From contig JAKMXF010000320.1 of assembly GCA_024704765.1 (NCBI GenBank), positions 248,001-312,000 on the forward strand: 64,000 nt of DNA, given 5' to 3'. Under the pieces are notes generated by a model, which worked only from the letters and a program-made list of their open reading frames with translations, was not told the DNA's origin and searched no databases. Origin of the DNA: Oopsacas minuta. Its lineage: Eukaryota; Animalia; Porifera. Of the stretch, positions 38,112 to 50,675 are shown in pieces. Both the position numbers and the translations under genes were made by a program. Position 1 is the stretch's first letter. Each line of letters starts with the position of its first letter.

Positions 38112-39242
38112 ATGTCCCTCACAAACAAGAAACTTAGCGGGTACCTTATCAAGGAGAGTATTGGAGAGGGAGCATTCGGTACAGTTAATAGGAGTATACA
38201 CTTTAAAACTGCAAACACGGTAGCCCTGAAAATCGTGAAGAGAGAAGTTGTGTGTTCTGTTGCAGATAATGGAAGCAATCAATTTCAAAACGAATTGACG
38301 ATCTGGGAGAAACTCTCACATCCACATGTAATATCACTAATTCATGTTTTCCAGACATTCCATGAGTTCGGTATTGTTACCGAATATGCACCCCTAGGGG
38401 ATCTAAAAAAATTGATTCGTTCAGGTGACTATATTTCTTCGGAACAATCAGCATTACTGTTCACACAAGTAGCATTAGCTATTGCTTACTTACACCAGAG
38501 AGATTTATGCCATCGTGACATCAAAGCAGACAATGTACTTATGTTCAGTAAGAATTTCTGTAAGCTTTGTGACTTTGGTTTTTGTACAGAGTCAAGAAAG
38601 GACAAGCAACAAACCAAATTCTGTGGGACACTTACTTACTTAGCACCAGAAATATTGAGAACTTATAATGAGATCACTGGCAAGTGTAGTTACGATGGTA
38701 AGCAGACTGATATCTGGTCTTTAGGTGTATTACTCTACTTAATGATATCGAAAAAGCTCCCTTTCACAGGACACAGTGAATCAATGATAGAAACGAATAT
38801 AATGAATGGATATTATTCAGAAATAGAGGTAGCACTTCCAAATGTAAATATTCTGATGAAAGGATTGCTATGCAATGATCCGTTAATGAGATACACGAGT
38901 GAAGATGTGTTGAAAAGTAATTGGCTGAAAAAGACAATCCAGTGGCCCTTACTTGTGAAGAAAGAAAACAATCTCTTAGAATTGAATATGATTAAAGCCA
39001 AAAAACATCTGAGAGAGACAGAACATATGATTGACGAAGTCAGGAATGAAAACAATCTGAGAAGTGAAGAAGGGGCAGTATTGAGACTTATAACAACAAA
39101 ACTTTTAAACGATCAGTTGATAGAATTAATTAATGATTTTGTGCTAGAGAATTTCAAAGAAGAACAAATTCCGAAAAAGAAAAAAGATGATAAAAGTGTG
39201 TTTAAGAGGCTAAAAAAGAGACTATCAAGGAAAAGCTATTGA
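38112..39242 (+). CDS. Intact intronless Ser/Thr protein kinase, CAMK group (AMPK/NIM1/MARK-related), 376 aa
   Basis: IGEGAFGTV, VALK, HRDIKADN, DFG, FCGTLTYLAPE and DIWSLGV; basic C-terminal tail; no lesions. Confidence 0.92.
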   Translation: MSLTNKKLSGYLIKESIGEGAFGTVNRSIHFKTANTVALKIVKREVVCSVADNGSNQFQNELTIWEKLSHPHVISLIHVFQTFHEFGIVTEYAPLGDLKKLIRSGDYISSEQSALLFTQVALAIAYLHQRDLCHRDIKADNVLMFSKNFCKLCDFGFCTESRKDKQQTKFCGTLTYLAPEILRTYNEITGKCSYDGKQTDIWSLGVLLYLMISKKLPFTGHSESMIETNIMNGYYSEIEVALPNVNILMKGLLCNDPLMRYTSEDVLKSNWLKKTIQWPLLVKKENNLLELNMIKAKKHLRETEHMIDEVRNENNLRSEEGAVLRLITTKLLNDQLIELINDFVLENFKEEQIPKKKKDDKSVFKRLKKRLSRKSY

Positions 39243-39959
39243 CCTACAAGTATATTTTATATTCTATACATGTTGTGTGTGTATACATGTAATGTTATGT
39301 ATTGTGTACATTGACAATTGAACAGTGAAAACAATATATGTTGGACAATACCTTTGAATAATTCGTTTTAAGAAGTCGAACGTAATCACGCAGTTTCAGA
39401 ACACACTTATGCAGACCCTTGATTATATGACTATGTGTACATAATATTACGAGGTGAAGTTAGCAGACTATTCGACTAGAGGTTCATTTCAGTCACAAAT
39501 TTGTCTCACTTCTACCAATCAGATTTAAAGGATACGAGCCCGCTTCGCTTGCTCGCGCTACGCGGTTGCGAACATTTCGTGTCCACACACAAGCCTACTG
39601 CCCTCAAGTACATAAACTCGTGATCTTAACCGTAGCAAACATGATACTGCCATAATCTTTAAATCTGCTTACTTTATGTCCCCAAAGTGAACAAATATTT
39701 ATGAACTGTTGTTTACAACATCATATTTGGACTCAGCGTATTCGATTACCCCAGTATGGTCGTTGAAAGTATTCTTCTACCACAATTTTGAAATTTGTTT
39801 ACTTTATATTCATAAAAACATCAATAAATTTAGATATGATTAATCCAAAAATGTGAAAATCGGATCCAGCATGTTCGATATCTTTAGTGAAGTTTATTGA
39901 ATTTTATTTACTTTCTGTATAAACACGATAAATATATAGTTATGCGACATATATTTTCT

Positions 39960-40130
39960 CTCATTCTTTTGTGAGTTACGAGCTCTAACTTGGAACTCAA
40001 TTCTGGAAGATATTTATCAACAGAATCGCCTCAAATTTTACAGGTACCTTCTGTTTTGTTCAATATTTCAATTCTCTCCAAAAAATCAGGAAGTCGCTAA
40101 TACTTTCTTTGAGACTTTTTATCCTATATA
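39960..40130. repeat. Dispersed repeat with an inverted copy at ~46840-47000; adjacent 39730-39940 resembles 32770-33070
   Basis: ggaactcaattctggaagatatttatcaacagaatcgcctcaaattttacaggtaccttc vs gaaggtacctgcaaattttgaggggattgtgttgataaataatttccagaattgagttc. Confidence 0.7.
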
Positions 40131-40730
40131 TGTTTTGTTTAATCAATTTTGGATTGCCTTTCTTAATAAATAATTGCCTATCACACATTTACTTATAGGA
40201 ATTAGGAAGTCAGATTATCATACTTATAGTCCCCATCCTAACTTATTTCAACTATTCCAATATTTAGTGCATAAGATGTGTTGGATATATATTTAATTAA
40301 TTAAATTATAACTACAAAATATAATTTGAACCAGTTACATATAATTAATGTTTCAACGTAATTGCTTAAGAATGGTGTATGTCTAGCAATGAGAGAAGCT
40401 GAGTCTTGGTACTTGGTGGTTCCATTCAAAAGTTAAATCTTATTCTTCTAAAATTAATTCTTAAATTAAAACCATTAACTAATCAGTATAATTGTGTAGT
40501 GCTAACTAATTATATTATCCAATATACTTAAGTATCTTTGTAAAATCTGTAGAAAACATATTTCAGCTTTAAGTATCTAGAATCCAAATCTCCTTTGTCC
40601 ATTATTGTAAATCTGAAGGTGTAAATGCTAAAAACCACATTTATACAGATAATATTCAGTATTAATGACACACTAAAAGACTTGATATACATTGCACAAG
40701 TAATAACAGCATAAATTTACACAGTTAGTA

Positions 40731-41121
40731 CAGTGATGCCGGTTATAAGAACATCGTCGGAAACTGGACATAATGTTCTTATAATCGGTATGTAGCATAT
40801 AATAGATGCCGGAAAACACCTTATTTAAACACATTTGGATATAGAAACCTTATTAAAGGGAAGTATTCTAATATCTACTATATAATTTATGCCGAATTCT
40901 ACAAATATACTGGCAATGAGAAGCAATCTTAGTACTACACTAAGAGTGTTCTTTAACCGGCATAATTCAAATAGGGGTATATAGTAACCGTTTTCTATTA
41001 TGATGTTCTTATATCTGGCATGTTCTTACAACAGGTTTAAATTCCATGGAGTAGAATATAAAAGATTCCGTAATTCAAGTTGTGGTTCTTATACCGGCAT
41101 TCTTATAACCAACATGTACTG
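40731..41121. mobile_element. pogo/Tigger-like MITE (family of 29204-29355)
   Basis: TA-CAGTGATGCCGGTTATAAGAACA ... TTCTTATAACCAACATGTACTG-TA. Confidence 0.8.
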
Positions 41122-41233
41122 TATTTTACCACTCTGATATTATGGAAGTTCTTCCTAGAGATGATTCAAAGAGATAAATATAGATATATATATAGATTCC
41201 AGAGCTATCTTAATCCCTAAGTTAAAACACCCC

Positions 41234-43721
41234 CATAGCCTACTATACATAAGGCCCCACAGTAACTATTGAAATATGGCCAGGGATGGGGTCCCCGATC
41301 TACTGTGAAAATGGTAATTTCTTCTTTTTATTGCCAAATATGGTCAAATCTAGTCTACCAAAGATAAGACTACATATTATTAAGAGAAATTGGGACCATG
41401 GATGCAATTGTGGATGAAATATGGATGGATTTTCCATCAATATATAGTACAAATATAATTCGTCAGGAATGTAACAATTAGTATTTTAATTGTCAATAAA
41501 ATATGGAAACTACAAGAAAAATTTCTATTGAGTCAAATTACAAATACAAATAGATGAAAAAGAAAATTACTTAAAAAGTGTCTAAATATATGATCTGTTA
41601 GCTGTTCTGCCAATGAAAGTACTAAGAATTGTAATTTTGCACCTTGTTAGCTATTATACAATTCGCTTGAGTGAATACAATTTTTCTTAGAATAGATGAC
41701 CTATTTAACTTACAAGAGGGCATTGTTCTCTCCAACATCCATCATCAACAGAACACACAAGACCCAATAGAATCTGCCTAGATGATCCTTCATCAACAAA
41801 TTTCCTCATCAATTCTGCATTTCCTTCGATAACAGTGATTATGGAATCCAAGACAAGTTCAGAAGGATATTTCATACCTCCACGATCAGTAAGCTCAAGT
41901 AGTCTATACTGAAATCCGGGTGATTCATGATTTAGGAAATCCTTATCAATTATTGATAAATCTTGACATAAGTGACATGGTGGACTTCGTTTCAGGTATT
42001 GGTGTGCAGCATATCCGGCAATGAAAACTAATGATTGAATTGTTTGGATATATCACTCTCAATGCTGGATAGATCAGAAATTGCATTAAAGAAAGGGTCA
42101 AGATCAATATCAGCATCCGAGAATAGCTTCTCTTCAGGTGAAAAGGACTGTAAAATTTCTTGTAATGAATTATTACATGATTCGGACTGACAGGAAAATA
42201 GATTTAGAATATTTGAAAAATTTCTGACGACGTTCAGCTTCTAATATTTGAAGATAAGAGATATGGTAGTTGGCACCTGACATCATGTGATAAAGTCCGA
42301 ATCGATGCTCTAATGGGTCAGTTTGTATGAAAGTAGTTAGAAGGTATGAATATCCACAAGTTTATGTTAGATAGTTGGTTATTCGTGGTAAAACAATGCA
42401 AGCATGTCTTAAGCTTCTGAAAGTTTGTTTGGATAATTTCCCATCTTTCCCAGGAAGAGATTCCCAAGCATCTAACTAATTAACTATACGATCTAAGAAT
42501 GAGGAGCAATAGTCGTTAAGACCGAATGGTTGAGCAAACCATTCGGTCTTAACTACGAACAAGCTTGTATGGAACATTTAAATTGAACATTTTCCATAGA
42601 GAAGAAAAAATTCTGAGAAAATCTGCAGTGTTAGATTTATTAGCCACACAACATTGGTCATTTTGAATAATTAGAGCAGATATTGTAGATTCATGATGAC
42701 TTTTAAAACTAGTTTCACATTCTGACGCGCTAAACTAGAGGGAAACATGCTATAAATGTTAACCGCGGAGCTAGTTTACCAAACATTCTTTCTCAGAACT
42801 ATATAAGATGCGGAATCGCGGGAAGAGGCTGAGCACATTCTCAAAGGGTAGGAACAATAATCTGTTCGTATATCTTCGAAATTATGGTGATTAAACTCTT
42901 ACCCTCTGACTTCAGATTTAAACAGTTATTTCGTATTGTCTTTAATATATGAACAAAATTAAAGGTGAGAAATAGGATTCGATTTGGATTAGAGATGAAG
43001 AACTTGAATTTCCAGCTTACCACTTTGAGAGAAAAGTTGGAATAATTTTACATTGAGAGGATAGTTGTCGGTAGAGATAATATCTACAAATAGGCGACAA
43101 CACTCAACATCTTGAACACCAGATACCACTATTGTAAATATCTTTTCTACTGAAGGAGAAGCACAGGGTAACAACAAATAATATAAGACCATTATTTCTG
43201 TAGACTAGATACCATAATTGCGAATACAGTTTTTGATTGGATCTTCTTCCGTCAAACTAGGCTGTATATCTTACCACCAATATATGAAATATCCGATTTC
43301 ACTTGAATACCGTCCATTTGGACAATAATATGTTTTCAGCATCACAAAAAGAACGAGTCTCTTGTTTGAGGAAGGTAAAATAGTCACTTTCAAGGCCAGA
43401 TGAGGAATATAACTTGACTAGAGTATTACAAGAGGAAGAGTTAGACAAGGCATTTGCTGAAGATATTTATAAGATGCTGGAGAAATCAAATGTGTTTTGC
43501 GGGCCAATATTTGTATTAGTACATTGTATCTACACCTGTTTTCTAACTGACATTGTATGAATTGCAGTCTTGAAAGTTCTAGATAATCAGGTAATTCTAA
43601 ACTCGATTCATTAGTTTGAAAGTGTTTATGGGATGTTGAATATGGTCTCTTGCTAAAGAAATATGGGTAGCATTCGTCTCAGAAATATAAGAGTCACTGG
43701 GATGTGTTGATTTACGTAGAT
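41234..43721 (-). mobile_element. P-element/Galileo/THAP9-like transposon remnant; transposase pseudogene ~41590-43720
   Basis: Minus-strand motifs across frameshifts: QILARKTHLISPASYKYLQ, VQMDGIQVK, FLTFNFVHILKTIRNN, FPSSLARQNVKL, TADFLRIF, QTDPLEHRFGLY.MMSGANYHIS, DRGGMKYPS. Terminus CATAGCCTACTATACATAAGGC at 41234; the other end was not found. Confidence 0.8.
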
Positions 43722-43800
43722 CAGTGGTTCCCAACGGGGGCTCAAACGCTCCCCGGGAGGCGTTCGCTTGCCTCAGGGGGCGCTGAGAAGATAATGAGCC
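43722..43800 (+). mobile_element. Isolated hAT left end
   Basis: CAGTGGTTCCCAACGGGGG followed by a GC-rich subterminal region; no partner TIR found. Confidence 0.6.
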
Positions 43801-44059
43801 GTTGGATGAAGGTTTATTCTAACGTCTGTAAATTTTGCGAAATACAATTGTATCCTTTTTATGTTGTGCACTTTACCCATAGTGACAATTCTAACACGTT
43901 GCCCACAAGAAGAGCTAAGTATTCACCATTTACAATCAATTAATGCCTTCAATAGTATCTTTTCTTTGTTTTGAATTAATTACTAATTTTGGATTTAAAC
44001 ACCACTTCTTCAAGAAATGTGAAATTTCAGCTATACCATGATCACTACTGATCATTTCT

Positions 44060-45100
44060 GCTACGGGTATTGGACTGGTGGAATACTCAGGATGCTGGAT
44101 AGTTGGAGCAAGACAAAATATTTTGGTAGAACATGAAGGTGGTTTACTAATTAGGGGCCTAGTAGCATCTAAATTTAAATCTACATCATGTTCCTTAAAA
44201 TATTATAATAGTTCTATTTGTTTAGAAGTATACATATGTATAACAAATGGATCTTGCACAAAGTAATGAGCAACCTGGGATAGGGGAATCAGGGAGTAGA
44301 TGACGGAAGTATTGCTGGGTAACTGCTACATCTTCTATGTAAGAATTAGAAAACCTACTAGCGGATTTCTTTTCTGATTTTATTTTTCTCAAACATTCCG
44401 CGGATTTTAAATAACTTAAATTTCCATAACTAAATCCTCCAGTTTTGCCAGAATTGTTGATTTGCCCATTAAATATTTTGCTCACAGAATAATTATCTAA
44501 CAATCTTCCCATATTTCTGCGCTCGCTACAAGATAAATTACGACTATAAGCACTCGTACAATCTGTATGACGAATTGAAAGAGATAACTTGACCACTACA
44601 CGATTATTTAAATAACTCTCGTCCTCAATATAAAATACATATGCTCTGCAATTAAGGAATTTACATCTGCTCTTGCTCTAAAGAAAGGACTATTTATCTT
44701 ATGGCTATCAAACTTTTTCAACCGATAATTGTCAAACTTCAAAACACACATATTGTTTACATCATGAAACTTAGAAGAAAATACATTCGTCCAGTACTGA
44801 CTAATGACATTCTATGGTTCGAATCAGTAATGACAAACTATCCCATTCTGTGATTTGGAGATAAAATTCTCCTGATTTACACCTTTCAATCTCAAAGTCA
44901 ACTCCAGAGCTGACCTCTAACAATGTATCCACAACTTGTTCACTTTCTACATTACACCTAGGGTTGTGAACCTGTGGAAGGGAAAGTGGTTACTTAACTA
45001 AACATTCACCACGAACAAGGTATTCAGAATATACATTTTGTAAGCTGGTAATACCATTAGTATCGAATTTCTTTCTTTGTTCCAATATGAACTAATGAAA
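44060..45100 (-). pseudogene. Degenerate MULE-related (NOF-FB-like) transposase, N-terminal/central part
   Basis: Motifs FFRARA.CKFLNC, LNLDATRPLISKP and SPIPVAEMISSDH, resembling the LDATG...PV.E..S..H pattern of NOF-FB-type proteins. Family assignment is from memory. Confidence 0.5.
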
Positions 45101-46152
45101 AAGCTCAAAATTTCTCCACTTAAACACACATACTTTTAATCAAACATTGATAAACTAAACTATGACCAGGTTGTGTTACAACTAACCACAAAACTAACAG
45201 TGGACTACACTCAACAAAGCTATTGCTATACACACCTGTGATAACATTAATAAAATGAAAACATTCATCAATAAATCATGCATCCCGATAATTGCAAAAT
45301 TATAGAAATATTTCGAACTTTAGATAACCCATAAAACTTTACGTCATCTATATCTACCCACAACTGAGCTTCAGGTATATTATAAATAATACAAACTATT
45401 TTCGCCATCAAAACAATTACTGAAATCACTCTTCCAATGATTATACACTGTTAAATCAGAGGCAGATGATGCCCACACAATAAGAAGCCTATCGTCTCGT
45501 AACTCGAATTCAAGTGTTGACAAATCTAGGTTATGAAAAGATATAAGTAGAAGCGTAGCTGAAAGTTTCGAAATTGAACATTCAGCTACGCTTCTACTTA
45601 TATCTTTGACAATACTAAATGTTATTAGCGATGCTCTCTTAGACATAACTAGCTTAGTAAGACTATAAATTACTTGTAATTGTTGCTCCGAACCAAGGGG
45701 GCTTGCTCAACATTGGGATGTGGATTTTCTGGTCAATTCACTTCTAACAATTGACTGAATGTTGTTAGAATTATTGTTCCATTTCAAATAAGATTTTTCT
45801 TTTGTCAGCTCAATTATGAGAAAACCTTCTTACAAATTGATCCCCACATTTAACTGGGAATGTTGGCACTGATTAACAACTTGCCGATGAGAGCTCCAAA
45901 AGAATAAACTATGGAGAACATTTCACATATCATAAGCCTAATGTCCCTTAGTAATTCTAGAGACAAAACAAATATATGTAAATGCATGTACATAAATACA
46001 TTTTATTCGGTTCATATTATAATTAGATTTGTATATAAATACAGTCGAACGTTACAAAAACGGCAACCAAGTGATGGCTTGAATCCGTCGGATAGGCTAT
46101 ATGTGATCATAATTATAACAAGATCAAGAGAAAGCGTGACGGAAGGTAGTAA

Positions 46153-46404
46153 TTAGCATATTCCCCCTAAAGACCAATAATTTAATATTAATGAATTACC
46201 TTGTTCGGAATATGATACTTGAGTTGGAGTGATCGGTTCTGGGCTTATCTCGATACCACCAATGAAGAGAAGAATTGAAATTACACTAGTAGAAATTAGG
46301 ATAGACATAGAAATGAGAGAGTCAGATGAATTTGCGGAACAATTGGAGCATTTCCGATGAGAGTGCAATCCAATGCGAGCACGCCACAACTCAATGGTAA
46401 TCAC
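46153..46404 (-). other. Transposon-type N-terminal leader ending in a degenerate 2A-like motif
   Basis: ITIELWRARIGLH...SVISILLFIGGIEISPEP resembles LLLxGDIExNPGP leaders of non-LTR retroelement ORFs. No RT domain was found nearby. Confidence 0.4.
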
Positions 46405-47531
46405 GAATATGTCCGATCAATGAAAATAATATATAAGCAGACGAAATAATGAAGTGAAGAAACACGAAATATCAAATATGAGAGCAAACGCAAAAGTAAA
46501 AAGATAAAAGCAAACATAGCAAATTCAGGAAAAAGTAACAAAAATATCAAAAAACTATTATTATAGCAAGGGGTGTACAAATAAATTCTGCAATCAATGG
46601 ACCTATTTCGTTGAATAGATAAAAATAGACAGTTCTAATTTGGAATCGTAGCTATCTAAGCTTGACGTCAATCATATTGTAAACATGACAAACATTTATT
46701 GGAGGCTGCTATACTTGTATGCATAAATAAATTCGGTTGGAAAATGGTTAAGTTTAGAAGTTTATAGACGACAAAAGTCTATAAAAAACGTAATAGCGGC
46801 CTTGTTTTTTTTACGGCAATTGAATTATAGAATGAAGGAAGGTACCTGCAAATTTTGAGGGGATTGTGTTGATAAATAATTTCCAGAATTGAGTTCAAAG
46901 TTGGAACTCGACAGCTTGTTATTCACAAAAAAATCAGAACTTATCGATTTTCAGAAGATTGATGCGGGTGATTTTTTTTCACTATTTCTATATCAAATTG
47001 AGATTGTTATAAACGTTTACATTTCATCTATTGATTAATATCAAAATAATGGAAATTCAGTTAGATTTAGGGTAAGAAGTATAGGTTGAACTGACCCTAC
47101 TTTATGTAGTACCCCTTAAGTCATAATTGAAATAACGAGCAGAATCACAAGAGGGGTCACTCGATCGGATTAGAAAAATATATATGAGAATCTTATTCCT
47201 GAAACTTTCTCGCGTTGCTTTGAATTTTCCCGAATATATTCAAATGACCACTCAAACGCTGGTTACGAATATGTACATACACATTTATTGGACTGAAATT
47301 ATCCCTGACTAAAGCTGAAACGAAATCAGTAGCATGATTTTGAATATATGCGAAAAGTACGAGCTATAGATGAGCCAGCCTGATCAATAGACTCTCCATG
47401 TACATCTTCCCTTTCAATCGTACATATTGCCTGATAACTTCAGCTGTATCTGAAATTTAGCAATATACCATATTTACTTAAACGTATATAAAGGTGTGAT
47501 AACCACAAAACTCAAAAGCCAAAATTTTCGA

Positions 47532-49024
47532 CAGGGCTGGATTCGGTTAACCGGTTAAGCGACGCTAAATCCAGTTGACTGCAAAGTTAAAATATTTTCG
47601 GTCATAGCATTCTATACACTAAGGCAATGATGCTGATTAATGGATTTGGACTAGGGATTGAATAAGTCAGCTCTAAGGAAATAATGGAGATATATTAGTT
47701 GCGATAAAATTTAAACGGTACATTTTGGCCCGAATATATATATTATTGATATTTGACATTGCTCACACTCTACATCTACAAACTATTTTCAGACCAAAAT
47801 GACGTCATCTGTTTGCTTAGTTAGCAAATATGTCAGAAAAATGCTCCTGTTTTGAAACTACGTAGAGAGGAAATTAATACATTTACGGCGTCAAAATTTT
47901 TACCATAGAATATGTGGATGTTGTTGTACAAAATATCAAATTTTTGTCATTATAAAGTTCCCGCGTTCCAGAGTTATAGTAGTGACCGTGGGTGCCATAT
48001 TTGTTCCAAAATTCATCCATAACCTGACATCCTTCAATGTTGCGGCCAGACAAACCTACACACATATAGTATATACCCGACTTCCCATACCCTACTAATA
48101 CACTTTGATATGATATCTCTGATGATTATGAAGCAATCTGCAAATGACCATGAATGGTATTAATAATGACTGCGCAATATTCTTTGGAGATATCACACCA
48201 AAATGTATTAGTAGGGTATGGGAAGTCGGGTATATACTATATGTGTGTAGGTTTGTCTGGCCGCAACATTGAAGGATATCAGGTTATGGATGAATTTTGG
48301 AACAAATATGGCACCCACGGTCACTACTATAACTCTGGAACGCGGGAACTTTATAATGACAAAAATTTGATATTTTGTACAACAACATCCACATATTCTA
48401 TGGTAAAAATTTTGACGCCGTAAATGTATTAATTTCCTCTCTACGTAGTTTCAAAACAGGAGCATTTTTCTGACATATTTGCTAACTAAGCAAACAGATG
48501 ACGTCATTTTGGTCTGAAAATAGTTTGTAGATGTAGAGTGTGAGCAATGTCAAATATCAATAATATATATATTCGGGCCAAAATGTACCGTTTAAATTTT
48601 ATCGCAACTAATATATCTCCATTATTTCCTTAGAGCTGACTTACCCAATCCCTAGTCCAAATCCATTAATCAGCATCATTGCCTTAGTGTATAGAATGCT
48701 ATGATTCGGTTAGCCGAAAAGTGTCACTTCCACCATTATATCGAGTGTTCTTTAGGGTTTGAGAGGTATGAAATTATATATGCACGAATTCTGCTAGTCC
48801 GGTATTTATGAAATGTTACATTTTAGTTACATATTCTCAAATTTGAATCATTTTGAAAGATATAATCGCATCACGATTGCATATATAATAGCTATGTATC
48901 GATATTTTCAATTTTAGTCACAAGACATCCATTGATTGTATGAAAGAATAATTGCAGCGGTTAACCGCTATTTTCGAAAAGGTTTTAATCGCCCACTTAA
49001 TTGGGTTGACCAACCCCAGCCCTG
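47532..49024. mobile_element. hAT-like MITE hosting the foldback element
   Basis: Termini CAGGGCTGG / CCAGCCCTG; 7-bp direct repeat TTTTCGA on both flanks; cggttaaccg subterminal motifs. Confidence 0.75.
47603..48703. mobile_element. 1.1 kb near-perfect foldback (palindromic) element with CATAG...CTATG termini
   Basis: Arms 47603-48119 and 48187-48703 (~515 bp, few mismatches) with a 67-bp loop. Flanks tttcggt/attcggt (7 bp, 1 mismatch). Confidence 0.92.
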
Positions 49025-50048
49025 TTTTCGAATTATGTCACTATGTGCAATACACTCCCATATACAACTTCCTGTTCAACAATAATACATTTTATAACAA
49101 AATAATAGTTTAGAGATCACACTAGCCTCGAGTTTCATGGCCCGGATTGGAGAGTCTACAGTACTATAGAAGTCTATGATAATTATCAACAAAGGTTGAT
49201 AAATCCTTTGAGTGACAGCTGGGAGGGTTAAATTCTAAGTGTACTAGTACAGAAAAATTAGAAAATAATCTGAGCCACTAAATATGGAGGGATCAATGTG
49301 ACGCCATTATATATAACTCAGAGGGAAGTGATGGGAACCACACAATATTTTTATAATATTGAGATATCCCCTAGAGTAAGAATCCTCATAAGTTAGAACC
49401 ATCACTAACAATCCTTACGGCGTTATGGTACATTTCGTAAAAGTGGACCTGTAAAAAGTTCAACCTAAATTTGTATTAGAAAGTTGAGTCTGAAAATGCA
49501 TCTATCATGTGCTATGATAATTAATCCACCTAATGAGCAACTCTCAAGTCGATTAAAACTTTCAATTCAAAGATATTCAAACTTTGCTAGAGGGGACAAA
49601 TTTCAGGAATGTCTGATTTTAGACTTTTTCGGAAATTCAAAATTGATTTTCTTGAAAACTCTCAGATGGAATGTGTTGTAACTCTAGCTGAGATACTGAT
49701 CCAAGGATGCAAGTGATTAATACCCTAATTCACGAGCAACTTTTGATAAGGAAGGCTATGCTATCATACTATTACTGGCTGATACACCTAGTTAAACCAT
49801 CATGATCCACTTCCTGAAAAAAAGCAAAGGTTTGGGTATTTTGATATGGCCAGCTATCTGTTTAGTAAAAAGCCCTGTCACCAAAAAATTGGTCCGGCCT
49901 AGATTTCTTTTAGAAAGTAGAGTGGATTCATCAAAAATTTTCTCAAGAACTCTTAAACATGAAAAGAAATGCTGGCAAGGTAACGCCAGGCCATTAGCTA
50001 ATTTGGTAGCAAAGCCAAATCCTCGGTCAGGAACACTTCAAAATACGC

Positions 50049-50675
50049 ATCTGTATAGTTTAATCGAATTTTATGTAGAACTTTGATCAAATTTTCTTAT
50101 GTCGAACTTTGATCGAATGATGAAAAAGGCAAATTTTGATCAGAGTTTTACTAAAATGTTTCCAGTCGAACTTTGATCGAAAATGGAGAGAATACAACAA
50201 AAAAATCCAACGATACGCCATTTTACAAAGATTAATAATAATCAATCCAAAAAACTCCATCTAATCATAAAGTTAGCATAAATTCCACACTCCCGTCCTT
50301 TAGTAGCTAATAACGAACACAAATAAATACTCCCAGGGCCATAAGGTAGCGAAATAAATCCCTAATCCCCTACCAATGGTACTCTTTCTAAATAATTAAA
50401 TATAAAGTTAGTGTGAAATTTATGTTAATTTTATGATTGGATAGAGTTATGTTGGATTGATTATTATTAATCTTTGTAAAATGGCGTATCGTTGGATTTT
50501 TTTGTTTTATTTTCTCCATTTTCGATCAAGATTCTACAATTTTTCGATCAAAGTTCGATTGGAGACATTTTAGTTGAACTTTGATCAAAATTTGCCTTTT
50601 TCATCATTCGATCCAAGTTCGACATAAGAAAATTTTATTAAAGTTCTACATAAAATTCGATCAAAATATACAGAT
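50049..50675. mobile_element. MULE-like foldback MITE with gaactttgatc subrepeats
   Basis: Long imperfect TIR (atctgtata...atcgaattttatgtagaacttt); inverted second copy at 54593-55219. Confidence 0.8.

Noticed and set aside
42745-42775. ccgcggagCTAGT as a Helitron 3' end
   Set aside because: It lies within the continuous P-transposase remnant (KLAPRLT-like region) on the minus strand.
47883-48423. Twin ORFs 47883-48065 (-) and 48154-48423 (+) as duplicated genes
   Set aside because: They are a by-product of the palindrome and show no recognisable protein motif.
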